Positions 31,261 through 41,627 of a DNA stretch of 64,000 bases are shown here, one piece after another; positions within the stretch are counted from its first letter, which is position 1, and each line of letters starts with the position of its first letter. The position numbers and the translations under genes are program-made. The notes beneath the pieces were generated by a model that searched no databases, had not been told where the DNA came from, and saw only the letters and a program-made list of their open reading frames with translations. This stretch comes from an uncultured Chloroflexia bacterium (GTDB taxonomy: Bacteria > Chloroflexota > Limnocylindria > Limnocylindrales > CSP1-4), in assembly GCA_963763775.1 (NCBI GenBank), contig CAVXPZ010000001.1, positions 1,312,001 to 1,376,000 of the forward strand, written 5' to 3'.

Positions 31261-31305
31261 TCACCCGCACCGGATGATGCCGGGTCGTGGGCCGCATGGT
31301 CCGAT
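31261..31305 (+). promoter_or_regulatory. Operator copy 2: TCACCC-GCACC-GGATGA-TGCCG, then N17 and TCCGAT
   Basis: Directly downstream of the LuxR gene and upstream of the CMD gene. Confidence 0.65.
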
Positions 31306-31353
31306 AGAGGACGACGCCGCGTACGGTTCCCGTACCGCTCGAGGGAGTGCCCG

Positions 31354-31734
31354 ATGCCTGCGGACCCGACGTACCAGGAGCGCCTCCGCCGACTCTCGAT
31401 CAGCGACCGCCGGTACCTCGAGGAGGTGCTGGGCATGAGTACGAGCCATGCCGACGACGGGACACCAGACGAGCTCGACCCGCAGACCAGGGCGCTCCTC
31501 CGCCTGGCCGCGCTGGTCGCCCTCGATGGCCCGGCGTCCGCCTTCGAATACGCGATCGCCGCCGCGATGGCGGCCGGAGCGTCGGCCGACGAGATCGTCG
31601 ACGCCGTGGTCGCGGTGGGGTCGACGGTCGGGTCGGCTCACCTGGTCTCCGCGGCGCCGAAGGTGGCGCTCGCGCTCGGCTATGACGTCTCGGCGGACCT
31701 CGAGCGCCTCGGCCCGAGCCCCAGCGCGTCGTAA
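31354..31734 (+). CDS. Carboxymuconolactone decarboxylase (CMD/AhpD-like) family protein
   Basis: ELDPQTRALLRLAALVA..AMAAGASADEIV..APKVALALGYD. Confidence 0.75.
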   Translation: MPADPTYQERLRRLSISDRRYLEEVLGMSTSHADDGTPDELDPQTRALLRLAALVALDGPASAFEYAIAAAMAAGASADEIVDAVVAVGSTVGSAHLVSAAPKVALALGYDVSADLERLGPSPSAS

Positions 31735-32573
31735 CCGGCGCGACCAGACCCAAGGGCCACCGCGACGACCGGGACGATGACCAGCGAGCACAGCCCGAAC
31801 ACGACGATGGCGCTGGTCGCCGGCGTGCCGCTGCCGTAGGCCGTCGTCACCACGGCGAGCGCCGTGATGTTGGCCCGTACGGACGACACGAGGGCCCCCG
31901 TCCGCCGTGACGCGGCGTCCGGGCCGCCGAGCCACCAGCCGAGGGCCATCGACACGACGATCGAGGCGACCGCCACTGCGGGGACGCCCGACCCGGCAGC
32001 GTCGACGAGGGCGCCGCCATCGCGAACGAGCACGATCCCGATCACCGCGGCCAGACCGGCCGTCGAGACCCAGGTCGACAGCCGGGAGAGCGCTGGAGCG
32101 GATCGCGGGGCCAGCCCACCGATGGCGAAGCCGAGGCCCAGGGGCACGAGGATCCCGAGGACGAGGGTCCGCGCGATCTCGCCGATGGGGAGGGCGCTGA
32201 CGCCGGGGGTCAGGATCGCGGCCCACACTGGCATCGCGACGACGTTCGCGAGCTCGAGCACGATCACCAGTCCGATGGCCAGGGGCAGGTCGCCGCGCGC
32301 GAGCTGGGTCGCCTTCAGGCCGAGCGGGCCGGCCGACGCGGTCCCGACGATGACGAGGCCGATCGCCTCCTCGGTCGGGACGGCGAACAACCGCGTGAAG
32401 GCGATGACCACGAGTGGGACGAGTAGGACATCGAGCGCGACCAGCCGCGCGAAGCGGCCACGGCGGCCGGCGGCGGCGCGCACCGCGCGGAGGTCATGCG
32501 AGGCTCCGAGCGCGATGGCCGTGGCCCACAGGGTCACGATGATCGCGAGGCCGTACGCCAAGTCCAGGTCCAC
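31680..32573 (-). CDS. Bile acid:sodium symporter (BASS) family transporter
   Basis: Multi-TM; ASAGP..LARGDLPLA and VRANITAL motifs. Confidence 0.75.
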   Translation of the reverse strand: MDLDLAYGLAIIVTLWATAIALGASHDLRAVRAAAGRRGRFARLVALDVLLVPLVVIAFTRLFAVPTEEAIGLVIVGTASAGPLGLKATQLARGDLPLAIGLVIVLELANVVAMPVWAAILTPGVSALPIGEIARTLVLGILVPLGLGFAIGGLAPRSAPALSRLSTWVSTAGLAAVIGIVLVRDGGALVDAAGSGVPAVAVASIVVSMALGWWLGGPDAASRRTGALVSSVRANITALAVVTTAYGSGTPATSAIVVFGLCSLVIVPVVAVALGSGRAGYDALGLGPRRSRSAETS

Positions 32574-32642
32574 GGACGATCGAGCCGCCTCTGTGATGCC
32601 TCGCGCGGGCCGCGCGAGCGGCCGACACGATAGCAGGCGGCC

Positions 32643-35600
32643 TCAGGCGGGCGTGCCCTCCAGCGGCGCGGGCGGCGGCGTGGCCGATGACGCGGGCGTC
32701 GGCGTCGTCGAGCGCTGGACGCGCCGCTTGAGCCCGTCCACCAGCGAGTAGAGCACGGGGATCACGAGGAGCGTCAGGAACGTCGAGCTGAAGAGGCCGC
32801 CGATGACCACCGTGCCGAGCTCGGCCGCGATGATGCTCCCCTGGTTGAACCCCGCGGCGAGCGGGATCAGGGCGAGGATCGTCGCGATGGCCGTCATCAG
32901 GATCGGCCGGACGCGGGTACGGCCACCCTCGATGAGGGCCTCGTGGGTGGATCGGCCCTCGCGCCGCAGACGCTCCACGAGGTCCAGCAGGACGATCGCG
33001 TTCGTCACGACGATCCCGATGAGCATCAGGAACCCGATCAGGGCGCTGACGCCGATCGGCCGGCCGGTGATGAACAGGGCCGGGAAGGCGCCGATGAGGG
33101 CCAGCGGCAGGCTGAACAGGATGATGAACGGCGTCACGAGCGAGTTGAACGTGAGGACCATCATCACGTAGACCAGCAGGATGGCCACGCCCATCGAGGC
33201 GAACAGGCCGCCGAACGCCTCGTTCTGCTGGGCGGTCACGCCCGCGAGCTCGACGGTGGCACCCGCCGGGATCTCGCCCGAGGCCTTCATCGCGTCGATC
33301 TGCTTCGACACGGACTGCGAGACCGCGCCCGTGTTGTCGCTGGTGATCTCGGCGGTGATCGAGGAGGCCGGCGACTGGTCGATGCGGGTGATGCTGCCCT
33401 GCACGTCGGCCTGCGCCACGTCGGCGACCTGGCCGAGCGGCACCTTCGCGACCGTGCCCACGGGCAGCGTCTTGAGCGAGTCGACCGAGGTGACCTTCGC
33501 CGGGTCGAGCTGGACGAGCAGGTCGACGGTCTTCCCGTCCTCGAGCGTCACCTGGGTCGCGTTGGTCGGCACCAGCGCCGTGCGGACCTCGTTGGCGACC
33601 TGCGCGGCGGTCAGGCCGACCGCGATCGCCTTGGCCGGGTCCACGGTGACCTGGATCTCGGCTGTGGCCTTGACGAGGTCGCTCTGGAGGTTGGCGAGAT
33701 CCGGCTCGTCCTTGAGGGCCGTGACGACCGACTCGGTCGTCGAGGCCACGAGAGCCGGATCCTCGGCGCTCACGATGATGTTCAGGCCGTTCGACGTGAA
33801 GCCGGCCGCCTCGGAGACCTGGACGTCGTACCCGTCGGTCTTGAGCGGCGCCATCGAACTGGCGATCGATGTGGTCTTGTCGCCGAGGTCGACCTTCGGG
33901 TCCAACCGGACGGTGATCGTCGCACTGTTCGCCGGTCGACCGCTGCGGGCCGCGACCAGCGTCTGGAAGCTGGTATCGCCCTCACCGGGGATCGTCGTCT
34001 GGATGAGCTGGACGTCCGGATCCGCGTCGAGGATCGCCTCTGCCTTGATGGCGGTCGCGAGCACGGCCTCGGACGACGTCCCCGATGGCGGCGCGATGCT
34101 GACCTGGAGGATCTTCTCCGAGCCGGCGTTGATGAACTGCGTCGGCAGGCGCGGGACCAGGGACACGGCGAGCACGAAGAGGATGCCCGCGACGGCCAGG
34201 ACGCCGAACTTCGTGGCCCGCGACCGCAGGGCGAACGTGATCGCCGGCGTGTAGCTCCGGACCCAGATCGACCGGACCGGCTCGCCGTCCTCGTCGACGT
34301 CGACCTTGACCTTATCGATCAGGAAGTACGCCAGGACCGGCACGACCGTCAGCGCGCAGATCAGCGACGCGAGGAGGGCGAACGTGACCGTGAGCGCGAA
34401 CGGCAGGAAGAACTGGCTCACCAGTCCGCCGACGAACCCGAGCGGCAAGAAGACCGCCACGGTCGTCAGGGTGCTCGCGGTGATCGCCCCGGCGACCTCC
34501 TTCGGGCCGTTGAGGGACGCGGTCATGCGGTCCTCGCCGAGCGCCCGGTGCCGGTAGATGTTCTCGAGGACGACGATCGCGTCGTCCACCACGCGTCCGA
34601 CCGCGACCGCCAGACCGCCGAGGGTCATGATGTTCAGGCTGATGCCCGTGATCTGCATGACCACGAGTGCCGTCAGGATCGAGAGCGGGATGCTGACGGC
34701 CGCCACGAGTGTCGCGCGCAGGCTGAACAGGAACAGGAAGATCGTGATGATCGCGAAGAGCGCGCCGAGGCCGCCCTCGCGGATCAGGCCGTCCGTCGAC
34801 TCCGTGATGAAGTCCGACAGGTCCGAGACGATGGTCACGGTCAGGACGTCGGCGTGTCGCTGCGAGATCTCGTCGAGTTTGGCCGTGACCGCCGCCGCCA
34901 CGTCGACCGTGTTCGCGTCCGAGGTCTTCGTGACCGACAGGCTGAGCGACGGGTTGCCGTTCGTGCGGCCGAAGCCGGTGGTCGCGACGGCATCGGTCGC
35001 CACGGTCCCGAGGTCGCCGATCGTGATCGGCGACGGCGCCGGCGGCTGGACGGCCGGCTGCGCCGATGCGCCCGGCACCGGCGATGCGGGCGGGAGCGGC
35101 GCGGCCTTGTAGCCGACGACGAGGTCCGAGATCCCGGCCGGGTCGATGGTCCCGATGGTCGACACCGGGATCCGCGTCCCGCCGTCGACGAGCTGACCGG
35201 ACGGGAGCGTCAGGTTGTTCGCCTGGAGGACGCCCACGACCTGCTGGGCCGAGACCCCGTTCGCCGCGAGCTTGTCCGGGTCGAGCGTGACCACGAGACG
35301 CGTCTCGAGACCGCCGGTGATGTCGGCGCTGGCGACGCCCTCGATCCCCTGGATCTCCGGGACGATCTCGGTCCGGGCGATGTCGGCGGCCTTCGGCAGC
35401 CCGTCCTGGGTCGTGGACGCGATCGACGCGATGATGACCGGCGAGGCGTTGATGTTGAGGGCCGACACGTTCGGGGTCACGGTCGACGGCAGCCCGGCCT
35501 TGGCGATCCCCTCCTGGACGGCGGCGGTCGCCTCTTTCACGTTCGTCCCGTACGAGAACTGGGCGATCACGAGGGCGATCGAGTTCGCCGAAGTGGACTG

Positions 35601-35843
35601 GACCGTCTCCAGCCGCGGGATCCCGGCGATGACCTGCTCGATCGGCTTGGCGACCTGGTCGGCGACGTCCGACGAGCCGGCGCCGGGATACGGCGCGATG
35701 ACCGTGATGACCGGGAACTCGATGTCCGGGAGCAGCTCCTGCTTGAGGCTGCCCCACGCGGACAAGCCGGCGATGAAGAGCCCGAAGGCCAGGAGGAGCG
35801 TGACGCTCCGCTTGTTGACGGCCAGTCGGCTGAGTCGGCTCAC
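32643..35843 (-). CDS. RND efflux permease (AcrB/SwrC-like)
   Basis: ELLPDIEFP, GRVVDDAIVVLENI, GIVVTNAIVL and RVRPILMT motifs; SD GAGGGGAG before the GTG. Confidence 0.93.
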   Translation of the reverse strand: MSRLSRLAVNKRSVTLLLAFGLFIAGLSAWGSLKQELLPDIEFPVITVIAPYPGAGSSDVADQVAKPIEQVIAGIPRLETVQSTSANSIALVIAQFSYGTNVKEATAAVQEGIAKAGLPSTVTPNVSALNINASPVIIASIASTTQDGLPKAADIARTEIVPEIQGIEGVASADITGGLETRLVVTLDPDKLAANGVSAQQVVGVLQANNLTLPSGQLVDGGTRIPVSTIGTIDPAGISDLVVGYKAAPLPPASPVPGASAQPAVQPPAPSPITIGDLGTVATDAVATTGFGRTNGNPSLSLSVTKTSDANTVDVAAAVTAKLDEISQRHADVLTVTIVSDLSDFITESTDGLIREGGLGALFAIITIFLFLFSLRATLVAAVSIPLSILTALVVMQITGISLNIMTLGGLAVAVGRVVDDAIVVLENIYRHRALGEDRMTASLNGPKEVAGAITASTLTTVAVFLPLGFVGGLVSQFFLPFALTVTFALLASLICALTVVPVLAYFLIDKVKVDVDEDGEPVRSIWVRSYTPAITFALRSRATKFGVLAVAGILFVLAVSLVPRLPTQFINAGSEKILQVSIAPPSGTSSEAVLATAIKAEAILDADPDVQLIQTTIPGEGDTSFQTLVAARSGRPANSATITVRLDPKVDLGDKTTSIASSMAPLKTDGYDVQVSEAAGFTSNGLNIIVSAEDPALVASTTESVVTALKDEPDLANLQSDLVKATAEIQVTVDPAKAIAVGLTAAQVANEVRTALVPTNATQVTLEDGKTVDLLVQLDPAKVTSVDSLKTLPVGTVAKVPLGQVADVAQADVQGSITRIDQSPASSITAEITSDNTGAVSQSVSKQIDAMKASGEIPAGATVELAGVTAQQNEAFGGLFASMGVAILLVYVMMVLTFNSLVTPFIILFSLPLALIGAFPALFITGRPIGVSALIGFLMLIGIVVTNAIVLLDLVERLRREGRSTHEALIEGGRTRVRPILMTAIATILALIPLAAGFNQGSIIAAELGTVVIGGLFSSTFLTLLVIPVLYSLVDGLKRRVQRSTTPTPASSATPPPAPLEGTPA

Positions 35844-36374
35844 GAGTGCTCCCCTCGGTGGTGATCGGCGTCGGCGGTGGTGGGTTCGGCGGTGGTGGCT
35901 TCGGCGGTCGGCGGCCCGATCCGACGCGGCGAGCATCAGATCGATGGCCCGCTCGATGACGGGCAGGTCGGCGTCGTCGATGTGGCGAAGGAGGAGGCGG
36001 ATCTGGGCGGCATTGAGCTCGCGAAAACGCTCGAGGATGGATCGCCCGGCCGGCGTCGCACTGATGACGACCTGGCGCCGATCGTTCGGGTCCTCGTGCC
36101 GGGCGGCGAACCCGAGCTCGACCAGCCGGTCGACGAGACCGGTGGCCGTGGACGACGTGACCCCGAGGCCGTGCGCGAGATGCGACATGCGCAGCTCACC
36201 CGCCGCGACGAGCGCATAGAGCGCCTTGACCTGCGCCATCGTGACGTCGAGCTCGTTGAGCTCGGTCGCGTGGTGGCGCATGCCGCGCTGCATCATCGCC
36301 TGGAAGGCCTCGACGATCCGCTCGGTGGCGGCGTCGTCGGCCGGATCGTTCGGCTTCATCGGAAAGTTCGGCAC
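35840..36374 (-). CDS. MarR family transcriptional regulator (3' indel fuses it to the RND gene in the ORF track)
   Basis: VTMAQVKAL..TATGLVDRLVELG..DPNDRRQVVISATPAG; a GTGA overlap gives the natural stop. Confidence 0.85.
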
Positions 36375-36423
36375 ATCCGTACTATCGGGAAGGACCGAAC
36401 CATATCAGGTCGCCGGGAATCGT

Positions 36424-36451
36424 GAAGCCGGCACCCGGAGGCGCCGGCTTC
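36424..36451. terminator. Hairpin downstream of the META gene
   Basis: GAAGCCGGC-acccggaggc-GCCGGCTTC inverted repeat. Confidence 0.45.
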
Positions 36452-36468
36452 GGGGCCCGAGGGCTGAC

Positions 36469-36874
36469 CTACTTGAAGGTCATCGTGCCTTCGTTGGCCT
36501 GCGTCAGCACCAGCTGGCTATCGGTGATCGCGTAGCTCACGGTCGTGAAGATCTGCGTCGTGAACAGCTGGTCCATCGACTCAGGAGCGCACGCGACGAG
36601 CGTGCCGGCACCCGGCTGGATGCGTGAGCGAGTTGCCGCTGGTCGTGTAGGCCCCGCTGATCGAGTTGCAGTCCGCCTTCATGGCGTAGGTGCCATCCGA
36701 CTTGAACTCGATCGTGTAGTTCTGCGGGTCCGGCACGACGGACTGGCTCGCCGGGACCTTCTCCGTGGAGGCGGTCCACTGCCAGGAATGGCCGGTCAGG
36801 CTCGACGAGCTGCCGCCACAGGCGGCGACCGCGAACATCGCGGCGACGGCCATCAGCAAGAGGGCTTTGCGCAT
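36469..36874 (-). CDS. META/HslJ domain lipoprotein (frameshift near 36620)
   Basis: Lipobox VAAC; YTIEF..ADCNSISGAY; continues TLVACAPESMDQLF..LVLTQANEGTMTFK in another frame. Confidence 0.78.
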
Positions 36875-36912
36875 CAGGACTCCTTCATCAGTGCGTGGTC
36901 TCCCGATGGTGA

Positions 36913-36957
36913 AGCATCGCGAACGGATCCGCTCTCGGCATCATCCCGTGCGGATGA
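36913..36957 (-). promoter_or_regulatory. Operator copy 3: TCATCC-GCACG-GGATGA-TGCCG, then N17 and GATGCT
   Basis: Perfect TCATCC/GGATGA palindrome at 36941-36957, upstream of the META gene. Confidence 0.65.
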
Positions 36958-36994
36958 CCGCCCGTCGGCGGGCGACTCCCGTACCATCGACCGG

Positions 36995-38277
36995 GTGACC
37001 CCGACGACCACCCTCGACCGCGAGACCGCGCGCCGCTTCCTCGTCCTGCGCCACATGCTCGCCCCGCCCAGGTCCCTGCCGCCGGATCCGGCCAGCGTCC
37101 TCAGCGGTCGTCGACCGGCTCGGGTCGCTCCAGTTCGACCCGCTCGACATCGCGGGACGCAATCACGACCTCGTCCTCCTGGCACGGATCGCCGGCTACC
37201 GGCGTCCATGGACCGACGGCCAGCTCTACGAGGCCCGGACCCTGTACGAGACATACAACAAGGGCCTGTCGCTGGTCCCGACCGCGGAGATGCCCTGGTA
37301 CCGGATCACGTGGGACCTGTTCCGCGAGGGTCACGGCGCGGCCACCTTCGAGGCGCATCCGGACCTGGTGGACGAGCTGCTCGGCCGGATCCGGCGGGAC
37401 GGACCGATGTCGGCCACCGATCTCGAGCCCCGGGCGGCGATCGACTGGTACTGGCGGCCGACGAACCCGGTCCGGGCGATCCTCGAAGCGCTCGCCGAAG
37501 CGGGGATCCTGGGGTTGTCGCGGCGCGACGGGAACCGCCGCATCTACGACCTGGTGGAACGGCTCTTCCCCGCCGACCTCCTCGCGGCCACGCGACCGCA
37601 CGACGAGCAGCGCCGGCACAAGGTGCTGTCGCGGTACCGCGCCCACGGCCTGCTCGGGACCAGCGGCCAGGCGGAGATCTTCCTCGGGCTCGGGAAGGCG
37701 CCCGAACGGCGGGCACGCCACGCGGAGCTCGTGGAGGCGGGGACGCTGATCCCGGTCGACGTCGAAGGCGTCAAAGGCCCGCGGTACATCGTCGCCGAGG
37801 ACCTCGACCGCCTCGCGGCCGCACGAGCGGAACTCGCCGACGGCCGGAGCCCAGGAGGTGCCACGCCCGGCGTCTCGTTCCTCGCGCCGCTCGACCCGTT
37901 GGCGTGGGATCGGGAGCTGCTTCGCCGGCTCTGGGACTTCGACTACATCTGGGAGGTCTACGTTCCCGAGGCCAAGCGCCGGTGGGGGTACTACGTCCTG
38001 CCGATCCTGTTCGGCGACCGGTTCATCGGACGGATCGAACCGCGGTTCGATCGCAAGGCGAAGACCCTGCGGATCCTCGCCGTCTGGTGGCAGGACGGCA
38101 TCGATCCGATGGCCGAGCCAGGGCTCGCCGACGCGTTCGCGGACGCCGTCGCCGCGCTCGCGGCGTTCGGCGGAGCGACGCGCGTGGTCTGGCCGAGGAC
38201 GGTCCGCGACCGAGCCGTTCGTGGCGGATGTGCGAGCGGCGATGGACAGGCGCCCGGTGGTCGCCGCCGCCCGATGA
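36995..38277 (+). CDS. YcaQ/AlkZ-family winged-helix DNA glycosylase (interstrand crosslink repair); frameshifts near 37105 and 38210
   Basis: LGSLQFDPL..GRNHDLVLLARI (QxD motif); FLAPLDPL..WEVYVPEAKRRWGYYVLPILFGDRFIGRIEP. Confidence 0.82.
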
Positions 38278-38798
38278 CCGGGCGTCCTGATCCGTCCCCG
38301 GGTCCGCCCGTCGGGAGGGCGCTGGATCGCGCTCGCCGCGTCGAGACCTTCGTCTACGGGACCATCGCGACGCTCATCGCACTCGCCGGTTTCGAGAGCC
38401 TCGGCCTCCGTCAGCCGATCGCCGCCGGCGCGATCATCGCGGTCAGCGCGGTCGCGACCTGGTTCGCCCACGCCTACTCGACCGTGCTCGGGGAGCGCGC
38501 CGCGAGCGATCGACCGCTGGACCGGTCGCAGGTGGTACAGGCGCTGCGCGAGGCGTTCCCCATCGTGGTGGCGGCGGTCCCGGCCACCATCCTCGCGGTG
38601 GGCGCGTCGCAGGGGCTCTGGCCACTCGAGACCGCCATCGTCGTGGCCAACATCGCCGGCATCGCCGTCATGGCCGGCGCCGGTCTCGCGGCAGCGAGGG
38701 CGACCCACGCAAGCCCGCGGGGCACCATCGTCTGGGTGGTCGCGTCTGCCGCCATCGGGGCCGCGATCGTGATCGTCGAGCTGGCCGTCCACCACTGA
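38274..38798 (+). CDS. Integral membrane hypothetical protein
   Basis: ATGA overlap with the YcaQ-like gene; FVYGTI..WFAHAYS; about 5 TM helices. Confidence 0.65.
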   Translation: MTGRPDPSPGPPVGRALDRARRVETFVYGTIATLIALAGFESLGLRQPIAAGAIIAVSAVATWFAHAYSTVLGERAASDRPLDRSQVVQALREAFPIVVAAVPATILAVGASQGLWPLETAIVVANIAGIAVMAGAGLAAARATHASPRGTIVWVVASAAIGAAIVIVELAVHH

Positions 38799-38824
38799 CC
38801 GACGCGCGATGGACCGGCAGCCGA

Positions 38825-39640
38825 TCAGGTCCGGACCGTCACGACCTTCCAGCTGCCGGGGTTGCCGGCCTTGTCCACGGCGCGGATGCGGAACTGATAG
38901 ACGTGGTGGCGTGCCCACCACTTCGTGGTCGACCGCGTCCCGGTGACCGTCGTCGCGCTCCATGCGCCGCCGTCCACGCGGCGCTGGGTCTCGTACCGGG
39001 CCAGGCCGGACGTCAGGACCTGGAGCCGCGTGTCCGCACCGGTCCAGCGGATCACGACCTTGGCGGTCTTCGCGCTCGCCACCGACTTGGCGACGGAGGT
39101 GATCTTCACCCAGGCTCCGGTGCGATCCGGCCCCTTCATGAAGACACCTGCCCAGTACCGGCGACCGGTCGTCGGCGAGACGGCCACGCCCATGCCGATG
39201 TAGTTGTACTGGGTCGACAGCATGATGGCCTTGTGCGGCGCGGAGCCCAGCCAGCTCTTGACCGCCGTCGCTGCCGACGAGGTCAGGGCCGAGGTCGAGT
39301 TCAGCGCGATGATCTCCCCGGCGCCGTACCACGCGATGCCCTGGGCGCTCATGAGGTCCCACACGGCCTGTCCGCCGGCGTGGGTGTGACTGAGGAGGTC
39401 GTTCTCCGCCATGTACACGGCGCGCTCGCGAGCGAGGGCCGCCAGGCGGCTGTCAAGGCGCAGCCTGACGAGACCACGCGACGCGCGCTGATCGTTGATC
39501 CGGGTCAGCGCGCTCGTCTCCGCGGCCGAGACCGAGGCCTCGGACGGCATCGCGACGGACGCCGACGCGACGGGCGCCAGCGACACGGCGAGGAGCATCA
39601 CGAGGCCCAGCGGACCGAGGCGGCGGGCAAGCGATCGCAT
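38825..39640 (-). CDS. Secreted CAP/SCP domain protein with C-terminal FN3-like domain
   Basis: Signal peptide; INDQR, GEIIA, WLGSAPHKAIML; YQFRIRAVDKAGN. Confidence 0.85.
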   Translation of the reverse strand: MRSLARRLGPLGLVMLLAVSLAPVASASVAMPSEASVSAAETSALTRINDQRASRGLVRLRLDSRLAALARERAVYMAENDLLSHTHAGGQAVWDLMSAQGIAWYGAGEIIALNSTSALTSSAATAVKSWLGSAPHKAIMLSTQYNYIGMGVAVSPTTGRRYWAGVFMKGPDRTGAWVKITSVAKSVASAKTAKVVIRWTGADTRLQVLTSGLARYETQRRVDGGAWSATTVTGTRSTTKWWARHHVYQFRIRAVDKAGNPGSWKVVTVRT

Positions 39641-39852
39641 GCCCCGATCCTATGGACGCCGACCCCTGACGACACCCGGGACGATGGTCACATCCCCGGA
39701 CCGCACCGCCTGCGAGCAGACCTCCGCCGACGGCCTCACGAGAGGGCGCCGGACGACGTGCACGCTCGACGGATCGGTGCGTGCGGGCCACGCTTCCTCG
39801 GCCTGTGGGACCATGACCGGGTCAGAACCCATGCGAGCCCAAGGAGTCGCCC

Positions 39853-40296
39853 GTGGCCATCGTCAGTCGCGCAGAAGCCACCTGGTCCGGAACACTCGCC
39901 GAGGGGACCGGGTCCGTGAGTGCCGTGTCCAGCGGGCTCTTCACCTCCCTCCCGATCGACTGGTCGGCCCGGACGGAGGCCCACGGCGGACGGACCAGCC
40001 CCGAGGAGCTCCTCGCCTCCGCGCACGCCTCGTGCTACGCGATGGCGCTGTCCGGCCGGCTCGGACGAGCCGGCACGCCGGCCGAGCGACTCGACGTGAC
40101 CGCCGACGTCACCTTCGAGAAGCTCGAGGCGGGCTGGCGCGTGGTCTCGAGCGCCCTCACCGTCCGCGGGATCGTGCCCGGCAGTTCGGCGGATGCGTTC
40201 GCGGCGGACGCCGAAGCGGCCAAGGACGGCTGCCCGATCAGCCAGGCGCTCACGGGCAACGTGGCGCTGAGCGTGACCGCCACCCTCGAGGGCTGA
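39853..40296 (+). CDS. osmC: OsmC family peroxiredoxin
   Basis: TSPEELLASAHASCYAMALS and AKDGCPISQAL motifs. Confidence 0.88.
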   Translation: MAIVSRAEATWSGTLAEGTGSVSAVSSGLFTSLPIDWSARTEAHGGRTSPEELLASAHASCYAMALSGRLGRAGTPAERLDVTADVTFEKLEAGWRVVSSALTVRGIVPGSSADAFAADAEAAKDGCPISQALTGNVALSVTATLEG

Positions 40297-40359
40297 ACGC
40301 CCCGGTCCCTGTGACGAACGGGTCAGGGACACGCCCGGCTCGCTGACTAGCATCGGCCC

Positions 40360-41622
40360 GTGACTGCTGTCGACCGCTCGGTCGATCGCCGCGATCGAGC
40401 CATCCTCGGACGGCTCCTCGCCGCCCTCGCCGAGCTCCGTACCGTCCCGGCCCGGTTGCGTGCCACCGACTATCTCGCGGTGGGCGGCAGCCGCCGTTTC
40501 CGGGCCGTCCAGCGACGTCGGACGCGCATCGCCAGCCGGGCGGGGTTCCTCGTGGTCGCGGCGGCGGTCGGGTTCGATGCCATCGCGCTCGTCGGGCTCG
40601 GCGGCGGTCTCGAGACCGGGGTGGCGGTCGCGCTCGATGTCGCGGTCATGGTCATGGCGGTCGCCGGATGGTGGCTCCTGGCGCGGTCGCTGCGGCATGT
40701 CCCCGAGGCCGCGGCCTGGGTCGTGTCGATGGCGGTCGCGCTCTCGACGGTGGTCACCGGCCTCGCGGCGCCCGACCTGACCGTGCAGACGGTCGGCTAC
40801 CTGCTCCTGTTGCCGGGTCTCGTCGCGCTCGTGCTGCCGTGGCGGACGAGCGTCCACCTCCGGTGGCTGCTCGCGTTCACGGTCGTGGCCGTCGGCTATC
40901 TCGCCGTCGGCGTCACCGGCCGCTTCTCCGCCGACGAGCGCGGGGACCTCGTGACCGTGCTGTTCGTGGCGCTCGGGGCGAGCCTCGCGGGCCACGTCCT
41001 GCTCCAGCGCGCGCAGATCCGCAGCTTCGCCCAGATCGAGAGCATCCGGGCGCTGCGGCGGCGCGCGGATGCCGACATGGTCGAGCTCGAGCGGGTCCAT
41101 CACGCCCTCGAGCTCACGGCCCGCATCGACGCCCTGACCGGCGCCGGGAACCGCCGTCGACTCGACGAGGACCTCCGGGCGGTCCGCGCCCACATCGACC
41201 GGTCGTCCATGACGTACGGCCTCCTCGAGATCGACCTCGACCACTTCAAGGGCGTCAACGACCATTTCGGCCACCTCGCGGGCGACGATGTCCTGCGCCG
41301 GGTCGTCGAGAGCATCCAGGGCACGCTGCGGGCGACCGACGCGGTCTACCGATACGGCGGCGAGGAGTTCGTCGTGATCCTGCCCGTGCCGACCCCCGAG
41401 GCGCTGACCGCCGCCGCCGAGCGGCTGCGGGCCGTCGTGGAGGCGCTCGCCATCGAGCACCCGGAGAACGTCGGGCACGGCGTCGTGACCGTGAGCGTCG
41501 GCGCGACGCTCATCGACGCCGGGAGCCTGGCGCTGAACGACGAGGACTGGTTCGCCCGGACGGACCGCGCGCTCTACGAGGCCAAGGCGACCGGCCGAAA
41601 TCGAGTGTGCGCCGCGTTGTGA
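40360..41622 (+). CDS. Membrane-bound diguanylate cyclase (GGDEF)
   Basis: N-terminal TM helices; DALTGAGNRR, DLDHFKGVND, RxxD I-site and YRYGGEEF. Confidence 0.92.
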   Translation: MTAVDRSVDRRDRAILGRLLAALAELRTVPARLRATDYLAVGGSRRFRAVQRRRTRIASRAGFLVVAAAVGFDAIALVGLGGGLETGVAVALDVAVMVMAVAGWWLLARSLRHVPEAAAWVVSMAVALSTVVTGLAAPDLTVQTVGYLLLLPGLVALVLPWRTSVHLRWLLAFTVVAVGYLAVGVTGRFSADERGDLVTVLFVALGASLAGHVLLQRAQIRSFAQIESIRALRRRADADMVELERVHHALELTARIDALTGAGNRRRLDEDLRAVRAHIDRSSMTYGLLEIDLDHFKGVNDHFGHLAGDDVLRRVVESIQGTLRATDAVYRYGGEEFVVILPVPTPEALTAAAERLRAVVEALAIEHPENVGHGVVTVSVGATLIDAGSLALNDEDWFARTDRALYEAKATGRNRVCAAL

Positions 41623-41627
41623 CGCGC

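Noticed and set aside
32643-36374. Apparent 1243-aa MarR-RND fusion
   Set aside because: The linker (RRSHHRRTHHRRRRSPP) reads as off-frame sequence. A GTGA stop/start overlap at 35840-35843 with an SD defines two genes.
37290-38798. Apparent YcaQ-membrane protein fusion
   Set aside because: An ATGA overlap at 38274-38277 in the alternative frame indicates two genes.
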